Shown piece by piece: positions 41,758 through 55,798 of a stretch of DNA of 64,000 bases. The DNA comes from Octopus sinensis (lineage: Eukaryota), in assembly GCF_006345805.1 (NCBI RefSeq), contig NC_043006.1, positions 58,838,001 through 58,902,000 on the forward strand, in the 5' to 3' direction. Positions within the stretch are counted from its first letter, which is position 1, and the number at the start of each line of letters is the position of its first letter. Under the pieces are notes generated by a model. It had not been told where the DNA came from and ran no database searches. It worked only from the letters and a program-made list of their open reading frames with translations. A program made the translations under genes and the position numbers.

Positions 41758-42646
41758 AAAATTAAATTGGCCAGCATGGTCAGCGACGATGTGAAACGGA
41801 TTTCTGATAGCAGAGGCTCCCCTCATGATCCCCAAGGAGCTCGCAACAAGCTGATAATGACCAATATTTATGCTGATAAAATGAGAGAAATATATAAGAG
41901 AAATAAATGTGATGTGGTAGGTTTTGTAAATGGTAACCACGTTAATAAGGTTAATAATGAGAATTGTAATGATGAAAATACCATGGATGATAACAGCAAC
42001 GGGAGGGAAGGGGTTGCAAATAATAGGAATCATAAACCTGAATTGAGGTTTAAAGTTTGGCTTAGGTCTAATGAAGGTGAAAATAAGAATAAGAATGATA
42101 CTAATAGTAATAAAAATAAAAATATACATATTACTATTAGATACAGCAATAGCCTTGCATTTAGTACATCAAGTCAAGCAACATATTGTAATCCCATCAT
42201 TACTACTAAGTCTAGGATTCGTCAAGTTACCTGGTTTACCCCTCCCTTTTCATTAAGGGTGAAAGCTATTTTTTAAGTTATTGAAGGAAAATTTCCCAAA
42301 ACACAATAAATACTATTCAATATGTAACATGTCAACAATCAAGTTGGACTACTCAGCCACTCCCAATGTCGGATCTATTATTGCTTCGTTGAACAGAAGT
42401 AAAATAAGGCACTATAATGACAGAAACTTTAATGGAAAATTCATTAACGACATAGAAGATAGTAGTAATATTAATAGTACATCTTCTGAAATCGATTATG
42501 AAGGGCGTCTTGGAATGACAAATAATGCAAATAGTAGAAATAATAGTAAAAATGATGTTGGTGATGATATTGTGATTATAATGATTATCTGGGTGGTAAT
42601 AATAGTGTTAATTGTAGTGATAATGGTAATAAAAATACTTATAATC

Positions 42647-43127
42647 GTTTTTCCAGTAACTTTTCGTCATTGATCTCGAAAAACTGTATGCAAGCAATAA
42701 TAAATCTCTAAACGAGGTATAAACAGTAACTGCACGACGACAATGTGAGGTATACTTGCCATCTCAATATGGCTAATCACTTAGGGTGGGTGTTACTGTA
42801 TCTTGTAGCCCCAGGAGAACATACAGTTTTTCGAGATCAGTGACGAAAAGTTACTGGAAAAACGATATAAGTATTTGCATTGAAAAATCCTTTCATCGAA
42901 AACCGGTGATTGTCGTACGCTGATGACAGGTAAAAACCTAGAAACTGCAGTCCGTGCGTATCACTTGGGTTGACGAGGGAAGGGTGACCTCCCTTTGCAA
43001 ATACCATAAGGACACAGAAAGTGTGCCTAAAGCCAGCTGGATACGATGTTCTCCTGGGGCTACAAGCTACAGTAACACCCACCCTTAGTGGTTAGCCATA
43101 TTGAGATGGCAAGTATACCTCACATTA
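42647..43127. repeat. Interleaved inverted repeats (42647-42690/42820-42866 and 42742-42822/43047-43127) around an HHR
   Basis: Both pairs read directly as near-perfect reverse complements; ends at (TA)n. Confidence 0.8.
42914..42958 (+). ncRNA. Canonical minimal type I hammerhead ribozyme
   Basis: CGTACG-CTGATGA-cAGG taaaaa CCTa-GAAA-CTGCAG-TC-CGTGCG; palindromic stem III ACTGCAGT. Confidence 0.85.
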
Positions 43128-44209
43128 TATATATATATATATATATATTCTGAGTTGAAATCTCATCGTGGACAGCTTTTCTTTTCAACTCTCTGTAGTA
43201 GATATAAAATATCAGTCAAGTACTAGAGCCAATGGTATCGACTACTGCTGGACTTCGAATCAATAATAAATTGCAGAGACGTAGCAGAATAGCTTGAGTG
43301 TGGGACAAAATACAATGTGTTATTTCTTCCGGTTCTTTACGTTCTGCCTTCAAATCCCGTCCAGGTTAACTTTGCTTTTTCATCTTTTCAGGGTTGAAAA
43401 GAAATTCTTTTTAGAAAGATCTAAAACGGATAAAACCTGGAAGAGTATCAGACGTTGACGAGAAACGTGTTTTTGTTGATATACTGGTTGATGATTTTAC
43501 ACACAGAGGTACACACACGCACACCTATAGATTCATGCATATACATAGATACACACATACATTCATACATACATATATACATACATATATAAATGCATAC
43601 ATACATACACATTTACATTCATACATACATACATATATACATACATACATGCATACATACACTCATACATATATTCATACATACATACATTGATACATGC
43701 ATACATACATTCATACTCTCATACATATATTCATACATACATACACACATACATACATAAATGCATACATACATACATACATACATACGTATATATATAT
43801 ATTTGTTTATAAATGGGAAGTTTGGGAATGATTGATAAGTACTTGTTCATTCATTGAATAACAGTTTTCCGAGAGATCGTTCAAGTATACAGAAAGGAAA
43901 TGAAAAGTCTCTAAGAGAGTCAAGCTCTAAATAAAGATTGTAAAGTCTTTTCCACACAATCAATATAAATTTATATACCGCTGTATATTTCCTAAGCCTG
44001 ACAACGGGCTGATTCTGCGAGAACCAGCGTTAATTATTTGACTAGACCACTCACGATTGCTCAAAGAATGACCAATTCTATTGAAGCCAAGAGATGGGAC
44101 TAGATGCTGTTTATCTATTTCCCAACGGAGTAAGTAGTAGAATGAGTCATGTGCTTATGGTCGACTGAACAATTTCTCTATTTGGAGTTATTACCAAAAA
44201 TCTACAATC

Positions 44210-44270
<61 letters not shown>

Positions 44271-44283
44271 GCACGCACACACA

Positions 44284-44315
<32 letters not shown>

Positions 44316-44739
44316 GTAAGAGCACAAGCAAAGGCAATCTACGATCAGACAAAAAAAGATACTTATCTGCATGCACACAAGGCGCTAACAGTTGAGCGAA
44401 ATTTATAGAGTTATATATTCTAAATTTACTGACAATAAAAGTTCCTGAAATGAGACCTGAAATATACATAGGCACTCGAATCACTCATCTTTTATATTGA
44501 GGAACTTGGCTGACAAAATTAGTAAATGGGTGTCCTCGTTACCTTCCGATAAAGATACACTTATGGGTATAGCTGGGTTTTATAACTAAACGCTTGGAAA
44601 TACTGAGCTTTCTCATAAGATCGGTTACATAAAAACACTGGGAATACACAGCGTAAGACTAGGAATAAGATAAGGAATATTTTATAAGATAACATAAGGA
44701 ATATTTTATTGTACAACCCAGTATTTATCCTTGCAGTAA

Positions 44740-45480
44740 AAACTGATATAGATAGAGAATTTCTTAATTAAATAGATCACCAGTTTCCGCCAGAGCATAA
44801 GTATGTAAAAATATTCTTTTGTACTCTAGGCACAAGACCCGAAATTTTGGGGGAGGGAGCCAGTCCATCAGATTCGCCTCAGTACGCAACTGGTACTTAA
44901 TTTATCGATCTCGAAAGGATGAAAGGCAAAGTCGACCTTGGCGGAATTTAAACTCAGAACGTAAAGACATGAAATAAGTATAGAAAAATATTGAATATGA
45001 ACTGTGCTAAGGTTAGCTAATCAGTGTGCAAAAATTTCGAGTGTTATATAAGAAGAAATAATGCTGCGAAGAATAAAATAGAAGATAGATACAAATATCT
45101 AGCCAACAAAAGTCATGCAGCTGTAGAATTCGTAAGAACTGTTCACTAGACGGTAACTTCCTGACGAGGTTGATAGTATACAGTGCAAAGGTTGAATTAA
45201 ACGACAGTGATCAATTTAAAGCATGTACTGGGGCAACGGAACCTGCATTTAAAAGCCGTTATTACAAGCCTAAACATTCATTTGTCAGCTCCGACAGAAA
45301 ATGTGTTAGGGCTTTGTCGAAGTTTATATGGTTTTTGCGTAATACATGAATTAAAAAACACCTAGTCTATTGTCGATAGACAATAAAATGAATTAAAAAA
45401 CACCTAGTCTATTGTCGATAGTGTGCAACCATATAGGAACAGGAGCTTCAAATCAAAGATGCGGTGAGACCTTTGTTTGA
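44740..45480 (+). pseudogene. Decayed Naiad-type PLE linker and GIY-YIG endonuclease, interrupted by SINE B (~44815-44968, minus)
   Basis: FPPEHKYVKIF before the SINE; KSCSCRIRKNCSLDGNFLTRLIVYSAKV...ACTGATEPAFKSRYYKPKHSF after it. Confidence 0.7.
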
Positions 45481-45687
45481 ACGAAAATCTAAAAATTTTG
45501 ACTCGAGGCAAAATAAACTAGCTGTTAACGCTTTGTATGCATGCAGCTAGGTATCATTTATGCAAATACAAAGGCCTTTGAATTTCGTTCTGGTTCAGGA
45601 AAAAAAAAACATCGGTTCTTGAAATGTTAAATTAATAGGTTTTATTGATATGCGTTTTAATATGTGTTTGTGCGTGTCTATAGTGAG

Positions 45688-45880
<193 letters not shown>

Positions 45881-46755
45881 AGCATATGTGTATATGTATA
45901 TATATTTATTCATGTGTACATGAATATATAATTCTGCGTGTCTATGCGCGTACGCGCGCTGACACGTTTGTATTGGCACATGCAAAATGAAGGCCAGAAT
46001 ACACACTCATTATTTTTTAAAAACATTAATTAAATGTATTAATTAAAAGTATCATTTAAAAGTATCAATTTGGAACATTGCTTAAGCAGCAACACATGTT
46101 AATGACTTCGATTGTATGGCATTAATGGTGTTTTTACAAAAATATTATCACAAGAATCAGAAATGAAATCAAAATTATGGGCTTGAAGGCGCTGTTTTCG
46201 CACGTGTCGTTCACAAAGGTTTTTAAACGAAACAACATACGGATAAGCGTTTTCTTCAAACTTTCATTTCATATTTCAAGAAATATTCAGACAGTGAATT
46301 TTCAAAAATAAACGAGTAATTGGAGCCTTTTTAATATATAAGGAATTATAGAATACTCTACATTTATATTGAATCCTATAATTTACAGCTTCTGTTGGAT
46401 CAAAACGTTGTTAGTGATGGACCCATAATGAAATTGCAGCGGCGACTAGGATGCAGTTGCTTCAGTAGAAACGTATGTTGGTCACTGTTATATATTCTGT
46501 AGAAAACTTTTAAAAAATGTTTTGGATGTGAATAAATCTCCACTCTCCTCTTGGTTTTCAAGTATATATACATACATACATACATACATACACACACACA
46601 AAAACACACACACACACACACACATATATATATGTATGTATGTATATATATATATGTATGTATATATATATGCATGTATATATATATGTATGTATGTATA
46701 TATATATGTATATATATATATATCATATATATATATGTTATATATATATATATTG

Positions 46756-46800
<45 letters not shown>

Positions 46801-48159
46801 ATGTATATATATATATGTATTTATATATAATCTTTAAATCCTATTTAAAGCAGATAAATGGTTGATATAGATATATACACACACACATACACACTCACAC
46901 ATACACATCAAGCTTTATATCATACTTAAAATATCATACTTACCTGCTGAACTATATCTGCGTTATACTTAAGAGGATGAAATACATATTTAGCAATGCT
47001 ACCAACACTATTGAACGATTTAAGTGAGCTGTAAATGTGTTTCTGTGTTTCTTGATACTATATATCTATAAGAGATGCTATCTCAAGACGAATACCGCTA
47101 TGTAGGGAGATCATAGCAAACGTGATTGAACATCAAACAAATGCTACTTCTTTCTACAGTTAGTGTATAATGCGGTTCCATTCCATTTCATACCAGACCT
47201 AAGTCGTGAGAAGGAATCATATAACAGATTTCCTTAGATATGGCGGCTACGTATCGGAACATATTATGGCAACCTGCAAGTCATCCCTTGTAAGGGGATA
47301 TCGTCACTATTGCATAACAACAGCGAGGTAACATGAGCAATGTGGGTAGAAGAAACACAAATATATAATAAAAAACCCACAGAAACCCATACAAGAGCAC
47401 AAGCAAATGCAAGCTACGGCCACATTTTTGAATGGTGCAAATGACTGGATGGTAGAAGGCGTTTCTGTTCGGAAACCATATTGCAGAAGTAATACAATAC
47501 TATTTGTGATCCCCTTTGACACTGCTAAACTGGTTGCCGAATTAACTAAATTATGCAAAAACATCATGTGGTTCCATAAAAGGAAGTCTATAAAAATTAG
47601 GGCGGAGGGAGGGCAGTTTATGGTTCCTTTGAGACATGAAGGTGGGAGTGTATAATACTTCCTGAGGATGTTAGACACCGTATATTGGTAGCTAGATCCA
47701 CAGGAGCCTATATGACGCGCATTGAGACTTCAGGAGAACAGAGAAACAATTGGTGAATTGTAAAGGAAAATTAAGGGTACTTCATCATACATATGCTGAA
47801 AGAAAAAAACCCCAGATCTTCCCCAAACATTAAATTTAAATAGATGCTGCAGTGTTCAAGTTACAACTGTCCTTGGTTTCATAAAAGAACAAGTGACCGT
47901 ATTACGATGTGATGCCTAAGGAATAGAAGAGAAAGAAGTTGTTTTCGATTCAGTATATGTTTATTGTTAAAAGGTTATACAGGAAATGATGGCCCAATAT
48001 GAAACAACAAAGTAAATAACGAAAGTTCATTTGATGTGGTAGCTTAGTTGGACAGATTCTGTAATGTCGGAAATATATAGAGAATAACAAAATATGCGAA
48101 TGAATGACTGCGAGTGTCCTCTGCCAAAAAGCATTTTAAAAATTAGTAGCAGTTTCAAA

Positions 48160-48320
48160 GCGGCGAGCCGGCAGTAACGTTAGCATGCTGGGCAAAATGC
48201 TTAGCGGCATTTCGTCTAACTTTACGTTGTGAATTCAAATTACGCCAAGCTCGACTTTGCCTTTCATCTTTTTGGAGTCAATAAAGAAGCACCACTAGAG
48301 CACTGTCGATGCAATCGTCT
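48160..48320 (+). mobile_element. SINE family B copy (weaker copies at ~43275-43400 and ~50110-50255)
   Basis: GCGGCGAGCCGGCAGTAACGTTAGC...GAATTCAAATT...GACTTTGCCTTTCATC. Confidence 0.75.
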
Positions 48321-48711
48321 TAAAAAATAAAAAATAAAAAATAGTAGCAGCTTCGCTCGTTTGTGTTGCAGACTCTTCATTTTGATAAATCTGGTTGTTG
48401 AGCAACAACTGATTCTGAACATCGCTTAACTTAACGCATGATTGTATCCGTCATCTCTTCTCCTGTTTGACCTCTAACCGAGGCTCTTAAAATGATCTCT
48501 TTTAATTATTTTTTTACAAGCCCCATAATTAATCTGAATTGACAAATGCGCAGTGAGGTTTTTACAGAAAAGAGCGGTTGTTGTTTACAAAGAATTTCCT
48601 TAACTGGCAGCAAGTCCCGAGTTCAGAGCAAAGTACAAACCTGGTACACACGCGCACGAACACACACAACATACACAACACAGACACACACACACACGAT
48701 ATATATATAAT

Positions 48712-48769
<58 letters not shown>

Positions 48770-49532
48770 ACATATCAAATAAATGCTTTAATTTACCTCA
48801 TATACGAATGGATATGACTTTACTTCATGATGAGTGGGGCTAAATTATCTGTACCATCTCAAGTGCTGATCTGTGTTCGACATATTTGTTATTGACAGCT
48901 TATTCCCCTTAATGTTTCTGTCCTGCTACGATGATATTAAACTCAAACGGACTCCACTATGCTAAATTTAATCTTCTTTTTTTTATGAATTTCCTGTTTA
49001 TTTTCTGAACTTCAATCTTTGTAAGTATAACGATAATCACTAGAATTCTAAGAAACAAATGTTAAAGGAAACTTTTCGAAATGTTTGATATTTACAAACC
49101 TCCAGACACACTGGCACAGTCATTCCATTTATATATTTTCTCAGTCTTTCATACTGATTCTTTATACTCCATCTATTTATTTACTAACCAAGATGTGCTA
49201 TTAAACTTTCCCATGTTCCCTCTTTTTAAAAAAAAACATTTTAAAGATTTGTTGACGTTTTTTCTCTTCAATATCTTGGTTCGATTAAAAGTTCTATTCT
49301 TCTTCAAAGAAACTTATGGCTTGTTTAGCATTCAAATCATTGGCAAATATTTTGTTTTATCTCATCGTAACACCATTCCATAGGCCGTTAAATGCCAATA
49401 TTTCGACTTAGGATTACTCTAAATAACCATAAATAACGTTATCTTGTTATTGAGAATATGTTTGCTTTTACTTATGTTCCACAGAGAAATATTACTATAG
49501 TCAGAAATTCCTATTACTATTAGTTATTATTA

Positions 49533-49583
<51 letters not shown>

Positions 49584-50851
49584 CCTTTCCCGACGAAACG
49601 TTTCCCGAGAAATTTCAACTGTTCTCCATCTCCTCACATAAACAGCCCTCTAGGGGAATGATCTTATCAGCAGTTAATATGTTTACACTGATCATCACAG
49701 CATTCTGATTCGGTTGCAATCTCAGTTGTAATACCATTACTTCAATTGATGGAAGATTCATTCAGCTGGAAAACCAGAGATATTCCGACAACAAAGCCTC
49801 TCTCTTCTTCCTTTTTTTGCCTGACAGTCTGCATGTATGTCTGTATGGCTGTCGCTCTAATGTCTAATTATCTGTTTCTTTCCTTTATTTCACCTCCCCC
49901 CGTTGTTGTTCTATGTCTCTGTTTATCTTCATGACTCTCTCTAACTATAATTTTCTGCAAACATATTTATATTTTCCATCAAACAACCAACTAGCCAATT
50001 CATTATAATGCTTTCGCCATCAATATATCTCATTTATGTTAAAGCTAATCTATCTGTTAACTCTATCAAATGTTCCTAGAGTCAGACTTTGACTCTGGCC
50101 CACATTCATTTTTCTTATGAATAACAATTCTCACCGAGACCAACTTTACCTCTTAACCTTTCGGACCCGGTAAAATGCTGGATCGGTTAGCAATTGGGTT
50201 CGTTGTAATCGAATGTGCCCTTCCCCTAAATTTGAGGTCTTGCGTCTACATAACAAATTATTAAATAATCGATCGAAAAGAACTCGTGCCCATAGCTTTT
50301 CATCCCTGGATGAGGGAGACCCTAGTCTATTGTAGGTAATTGTTTTTCTGCTGAAAGAAAAACCTTCTATTACAGATCAGCAAAATATTTTCAAATCCTT
50401 ATGGTTAGTGCTCCTTATAGAAGTGGCTATAGAGAGATACTGCTCCTTTTAAAGGTTAATTATGCCACACAGTAATATCTGTCATGCATTAGGTAGCCTC
50501 AGATGCTAATAGTTATATGCCGAGTTATGGACACACTGCTTTAGTTTCGTTCAATTATCGATTGTCTTGTACCCAATTCACTTGCCTATTCACATTCTCT
50601 TGAGGATAACTAGCTGAATCAATGCAGCTAACGTTTATTTTAGCTTCTGTCGGTTGCTCTCTGAAGGTACAAGATAGGAAGAGGCTATGAGTAGGAAATA
50701 CTGAACGACAAATTTTGTTAATACACATTCTTAGGTGTGATACACTAGAACTAACTAGAGAAAGGGAACATATATATCTTCTGTGCTCTTGGTGAATTTT
50801 TACTACATTATAAAATCAAGTTAGATCACAAAAGATGTTGTGTTGCAGTGA

Positions 50852-50898
<47 letters not shown>

Positions 50899-51566
50899 AG
50901 AGAAAAATTTACTGAATAATACTGAATAATGTATTTACCTAGAATGCGTTCTAGGGTGAGATACATTAGGAGAAAGTGGATATATATAATGTCTATGCTT
51001 TTGGTGAATAATATACTACATTGTAACATTAACCATGAAGATATTGTTTTGTTGTAATAATAAAAGATATTGAGAGGGAATATACAATTACTGCGGTTAA
51101 TGCTGTTGAGAATGCTGCCGTCCAGTTAGATGGACGGCATCCCACCCACACAAATGTATGTGATAGATGCATAAAAAAATGTGCGAATAATACTGTGGTG
51201 TCGGAAGTATTTGGACTTCAGATTCTTGCCTGGCTCGGGAATCTTTTAAAATCCAGGATAGACATCACGGTTAAGCGAAACGCTGATCGTTGCGAAAATT
51301 CAAAAAAGGTTGGACGTTCACTTTAATGTTAGAATATTTAATAAACAAAAATAATGTATCCTTTAGTTAACCATGCTATCAGTAGGCCTATGTTCTCACA
51401 AATATTATTTTCTTCAGTAATTCGTTCCACCTCGTTTCAGGTTCGATCTTACAATTTTGCACTTTTGGAAAGTATTTTCCATTAGAACCCTTGGTTCATA
51501 GTCCGTCTCCATCTAGTGATTCGTAGATGGAATCTGTACGGAATTTCGCTGTTTTTATCATATATA

Positions 51567-51990
51567 TACGAGGTGGTATCAAAAAGTTCCTGGACTAGTT
51601 ATGCTTAATAAAAAATAACATATATACCTAAGTTTTAACATGAGCTCCTTTAAAATAGTCACTTTGCGCAGCAATACACCAGTCCCGGCATTCCTGCCAC
51701 TTTTCAAATCCGGGCTAGAAGTCGATTTCCGTAATCGAGTCAAAGACCTTCTGCAATTTGCTCTTGATCTCGATAACGGTGTTAAAACTGAGACTTTTGA
51801 GCATCATTTTCATCTTTGGGAAGAAATGAAAGTCCGCAGGTGCTAAATTTGGTGATTGTTTTTGGCGAGAAACTCACAAGTGAAGAGAGCTTGGTGACAG
51901 GGTGCATTGTCGTCGGGAAGAATCAAATTCTTCGCGCTCCACAGATCCGGTCGCTTTCGCGATATGTCCTCCCTCAAACACTTCAAAAGA
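51567..51990 (-). mobile_element. Mariner 3'-end relic with TIR
   Basis: TA-CGAGGTGGTATCAAAAAGTTCC terminus; minus strand encodes FEKWQECRDWCIAAQSDYFK, the mariner C-terminal W..RW..CI...G.YFE pattern. Confidence 0.65.
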
Positions 51991-52129
51991 CCGGTTTCTG
52001 GACTGGTATTATAGCCTCACCCACCTCAGCACGTGCTACCAATTTAAGTAAGAGTTTTGACTGTTATTTCCAGCAAGAAGTCATACTTAGTATATCTGTT
52101 GATTAATTTTATTTCTTCAGCTATATATA

Positions 52130-52187
<58 letters not shown>

Positions 52188-52191
<4 letters not shown>

Positions 52192-53141
52192 ATGTAGGAT
52201 AAAATTTTTCGAAAAAAATTCTATCAATGGTCAGCATATTAAAAAAAAACCTTTAAAGGTTAAATTTATAAACAATTTATAAGTAAGGGCAAAAGAAAAA
52301 GTTTCTAATGCCAAAATATGCCGAAAATAGACACAACGTCAATAACCATTATAATTCGTCACTACAAGCACGTGTTTCAAAGAAAGCCGATAGAAATTTC
52401 TAAAAAATCCCGTTATTACCATATCGGACCCGATTTCAGAGTTAGTTCATAAGAACCTTATGTAGTGACGAATTATAATGGTTATTGACGCTGTGTCTAT
52501 TTTCAGCATATTTTGGCATTAGAAAATTTTTTCTTTTTCCCTTACTTATAAATTGTTTATAATATATATATAGTTTTATAATATATATATAGTTTTAAGT
52601 ATCTGAGCGAGAAATACGTAGTAATAGCACCGAACAGTAAAGTATATTTGCCAACGCAACGTGACAGCATACGGACACAGGTCATGTGTTGGTAGCCAGC
52701 TGGAAAAGATGATTTCCAGGGGCTAAAAAGTGGTAACATCGTTCTGCGTAGGACTGCCACTTTTTGTTGGCAAATAGATTTTACTGTACGGTACTGTTAT
52801 TACATATGTCTCGCTTGGAGATTTAAAACTAGTTGTTTTTCTCTTTCAGAGATCAGTGACAGTGTGTCACTTCAAAAGTATATACTGTGAGCAAGAGCGA
52901 CGGCGCTTGTCCTGTATCGATGGAGGGAATTTACCCAGAAACCATTTGTTTACAGGTATCGCTACGACTAGAAAGGTAGCAGTAGACTTCCTTGCTCACA
53001 GTAGATGGACATAGATCATGTGTCTGTAGCCAGCTAGAAAAGATGTTTTCATGGGGATAAAAAAAGTAACATCGTCCTGCGCAGGAGTGCCACGTTGCGT
53101 TGGCAAATAGACTTAAACCTTCCAATATATGTATATATATT

Positions 53142-53200
<59 letters not shown>

Positions 53201-54135
53201 AATGTAGGATAAAATTTTTCGAAAAAAATTCTATCAATGGTCAGCATATTAAAAAAAAACCTTTAAAGGTTAAATTTATAAACAATTTATAAGTAAGGGC
53301 AAAAGAAAAAGTTTCTAATGCCAAAATATGCCGAAAATAGACACAACGTCAATAACCATTATAATTCGTCACTACAAGCACGTGTTTCAAAGAAAGCCGA
53401 TAGAAATTTCTAAAAAATCCCGTTATTACCATATCGGACCCGATTTCAGAGTTAGTTCATAAGAACCTTATGTAGTGACGAATTATAATGGTTATTGACG
53501 CTGTGTCTATTTTCAGCATATTTTGGCATTAGAAAATTTTTTCTTTTTCCCTTACTTATAAATTGTTTATAATATATATATAGTTTTATAATATATATAT
53601 AGTTTTAAGTATCTGAGCGAGAAATACGTAGTAATAGCACCGAACAGTAAAGTATATTTGCCAACGCAACGTGACAGCATACGGACACAGGTCATGTGTT
53701 GGTAGCCAGCTGGAAAAGATGATTTCCAGGGGCTAAAAAGTGGTAACATCGTTCTGCGTAGGACTGCCACTTTGTGTTGGCAAATAGATTTTACTGTACG
53801 GTACTGTTATTACATATGTCTCGCTTGGAGATTTAAAACTAGTTGTTTTTCTCTTTCAGAGATCAGTGACAGTGTGTCACTTCAAAAGTATATACTGTGA
53901 GCAAGAGCGACGGCGCTTGTCCTGTATCGATGGAGGGAATTTACCCAGAAACCATTTGTTTACAGGTATCGCTACGACTAGAAAGGTAGCAGTAGACTTC
54001 CTTGCTCACAGTAGATGGACATAGATCATGTGTCTGTAGCCAGCTAGAAAAGATGTTTTCATGGGGATAAAAAAAGTAACATCGTCCTGCGCAGGAGTGC
54101 CACGTTGCGTTGGCAAATAGACTTAAACCTTCCAA

Positions 54136-54141
<6 letters not shown>
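52188..54141. repeat. Near-identical tandem duplication, period 1010 bp
   Basis: 52188-53131 matches 53198-54141; identical ORFs in the track offset by 1010; separated by (TA)n. Confidence 0.95.
52266..52562. repeat. Inverted repeat, ~100-bp arms (duplicated at 53276-53572)
   Basis: 52266-52366 is the reverse complement of 52461-52562. Confidence 0.85.
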
Positions 54142-54195
<54 letters not shown>

Positions 54196-54207
54196 TATGT
54201 ATAAATA

Positions 54208-54243
<36 letters not shown>

Positions 54244-54334
54244 TAAATATATAAATATATATATATAATATTATATATATATAATAAATATAAATAAATA
54301 TATATATATATATAATATATATATATAAATATAA

Positions 54335-54376
<42 letters not shown>

Positions 54377-54409
54377 AATAAATATATATATATATAAATA
54401 TAAATATAA

Positions 54410-54470
<61 letters not shown>

Positions 54471-55736
54471 ATGTTGTTGATCAATAAAATTTATATAAAA
54501 CAAATTTACTAACCATGTGGTTTTCTTTATGTAACTAGCAGGGGGGAAATTTATCAATCGCGTTAGAGTTGTCTGGGATTTCAGATTTATTTTGTCGAGA
54601 CTTATTCAACCACTAATTGAATACACTGCTTGGAGAATCTTGAAGCCTCCAATTAATCCTAACACCACTCACACACACACACACACGCATCCCCACGCAC
54701 ACACACGTACGTACGTACACGCACACACATCCACATCCACACACTCACACACACACACATATATATCAAAGAGGAATGAGACAAACGATTACGAATGAAA
54801 AGATATACGAGATGTTACGTATAGTTATAGGATGGAAATAAATTTTACATCTGTTTTAAATATTCAGAGAATGGCTGATATTATAGTGAATGTTATGAAT
54901 GATATTACTCAAAAGTATATAAGCAAGCGTATTATCAACACACATGAACTTTGACATATGAAAAATATATTCTGTGTCTACTTTGACATACGAAAAATAT
55001 ATTGTGTCTACTGCATGTATCAAAATTCCCATGTGTTGAAGTATGTTTGTTTATTTGCTTCTGAGAAATATTGACACATAAGGTACACCTTTTTGCATGA
55101 TATGTATGATAATATCAACTATTCGGTGCATATTTGGAACAGCTGTAACGGCTTGGCTTATTTACAGTCCGTAACAATATATGTAGCATCTCGTATAAAT
55201 GCATTCCTTATTCCTATAATTGTTTCTCCATCTTTTTCTCGTTTATATCCGCACGAACATTTCTTCTAACCAACTCATCTGCTTGTGGAGTGCTTTACTC
55301 CGATTAAGAAGTTGAAATTTAAGAATCGATCCGTCCGAATACTAAGTTAGTATTCTTATGCATTCTCTACTTGCCCTAGCATCTTCTCGTGGCAAGATAA
55401 ACAAAAAGTATTCTCTTCAGGGAAGAGCATGAACCTACAAGTTCCATACCTTGCTAGTATCATAATCGGAGGACCGGCATAGTGTGCTATGGAGGAATGT
55501 TGGACTGTACACCGCACGCTATACAAGCTCGCCCGAAAACGCTACTATCCAAGCATGAAAGTTAAAACATATATATATATATTATATATATATATTATAT
55601 ATATATATATATATTATATATTATATATTTAAAAAAAGGAGATGTCGAACACGAGTGGTGATATATAAAAAAGGAAATGAAGAAAATGCTGACAAATAAT
55701 TGAAGTAATTTAAGTAATTTAATTAGGTGAAAGTTC

Positions 55737-55773
55737 TTTTTACCGGTTGCGCATTTGTTATGCTTATCAAAAT
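55737..55773 (-). ncRNA. Variant minimal hammerhead in the pseudo-LTR (second copy 60200-60236)
   Basis: Minus strand TTT-TTGATAA-GCAT aacaa ATGC-GCAA-CCGG-TA-AAA; location just upstream of ORF1 is the usual place for PLE HHRs. Confidence 0.55.
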
Positions 55774-55798
55774 ATAAAAGAGAGATTAGAGTCTGTCT

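Larger units (their letters stand above)
39065..42650 (+). mobile_element. Decayed Naiad-type Penelope-like element with 5' inverted pseudo-LTR
   Basis: 39065-39245 is inverted relative to 40118-40290; ORF pieces carry RNIPIPSK..Y..LL.K..FISRLRWRAFYF, SDKT, VQFDISNYY, FDITMGS, NFLDVTLDL, VTWFTPPFS. Confidence 0.8.

Noticed and set aside
47407-47655. 82-aa ORF in non-repetitive sequence
   Set aside because: No recognisable domain or splice context
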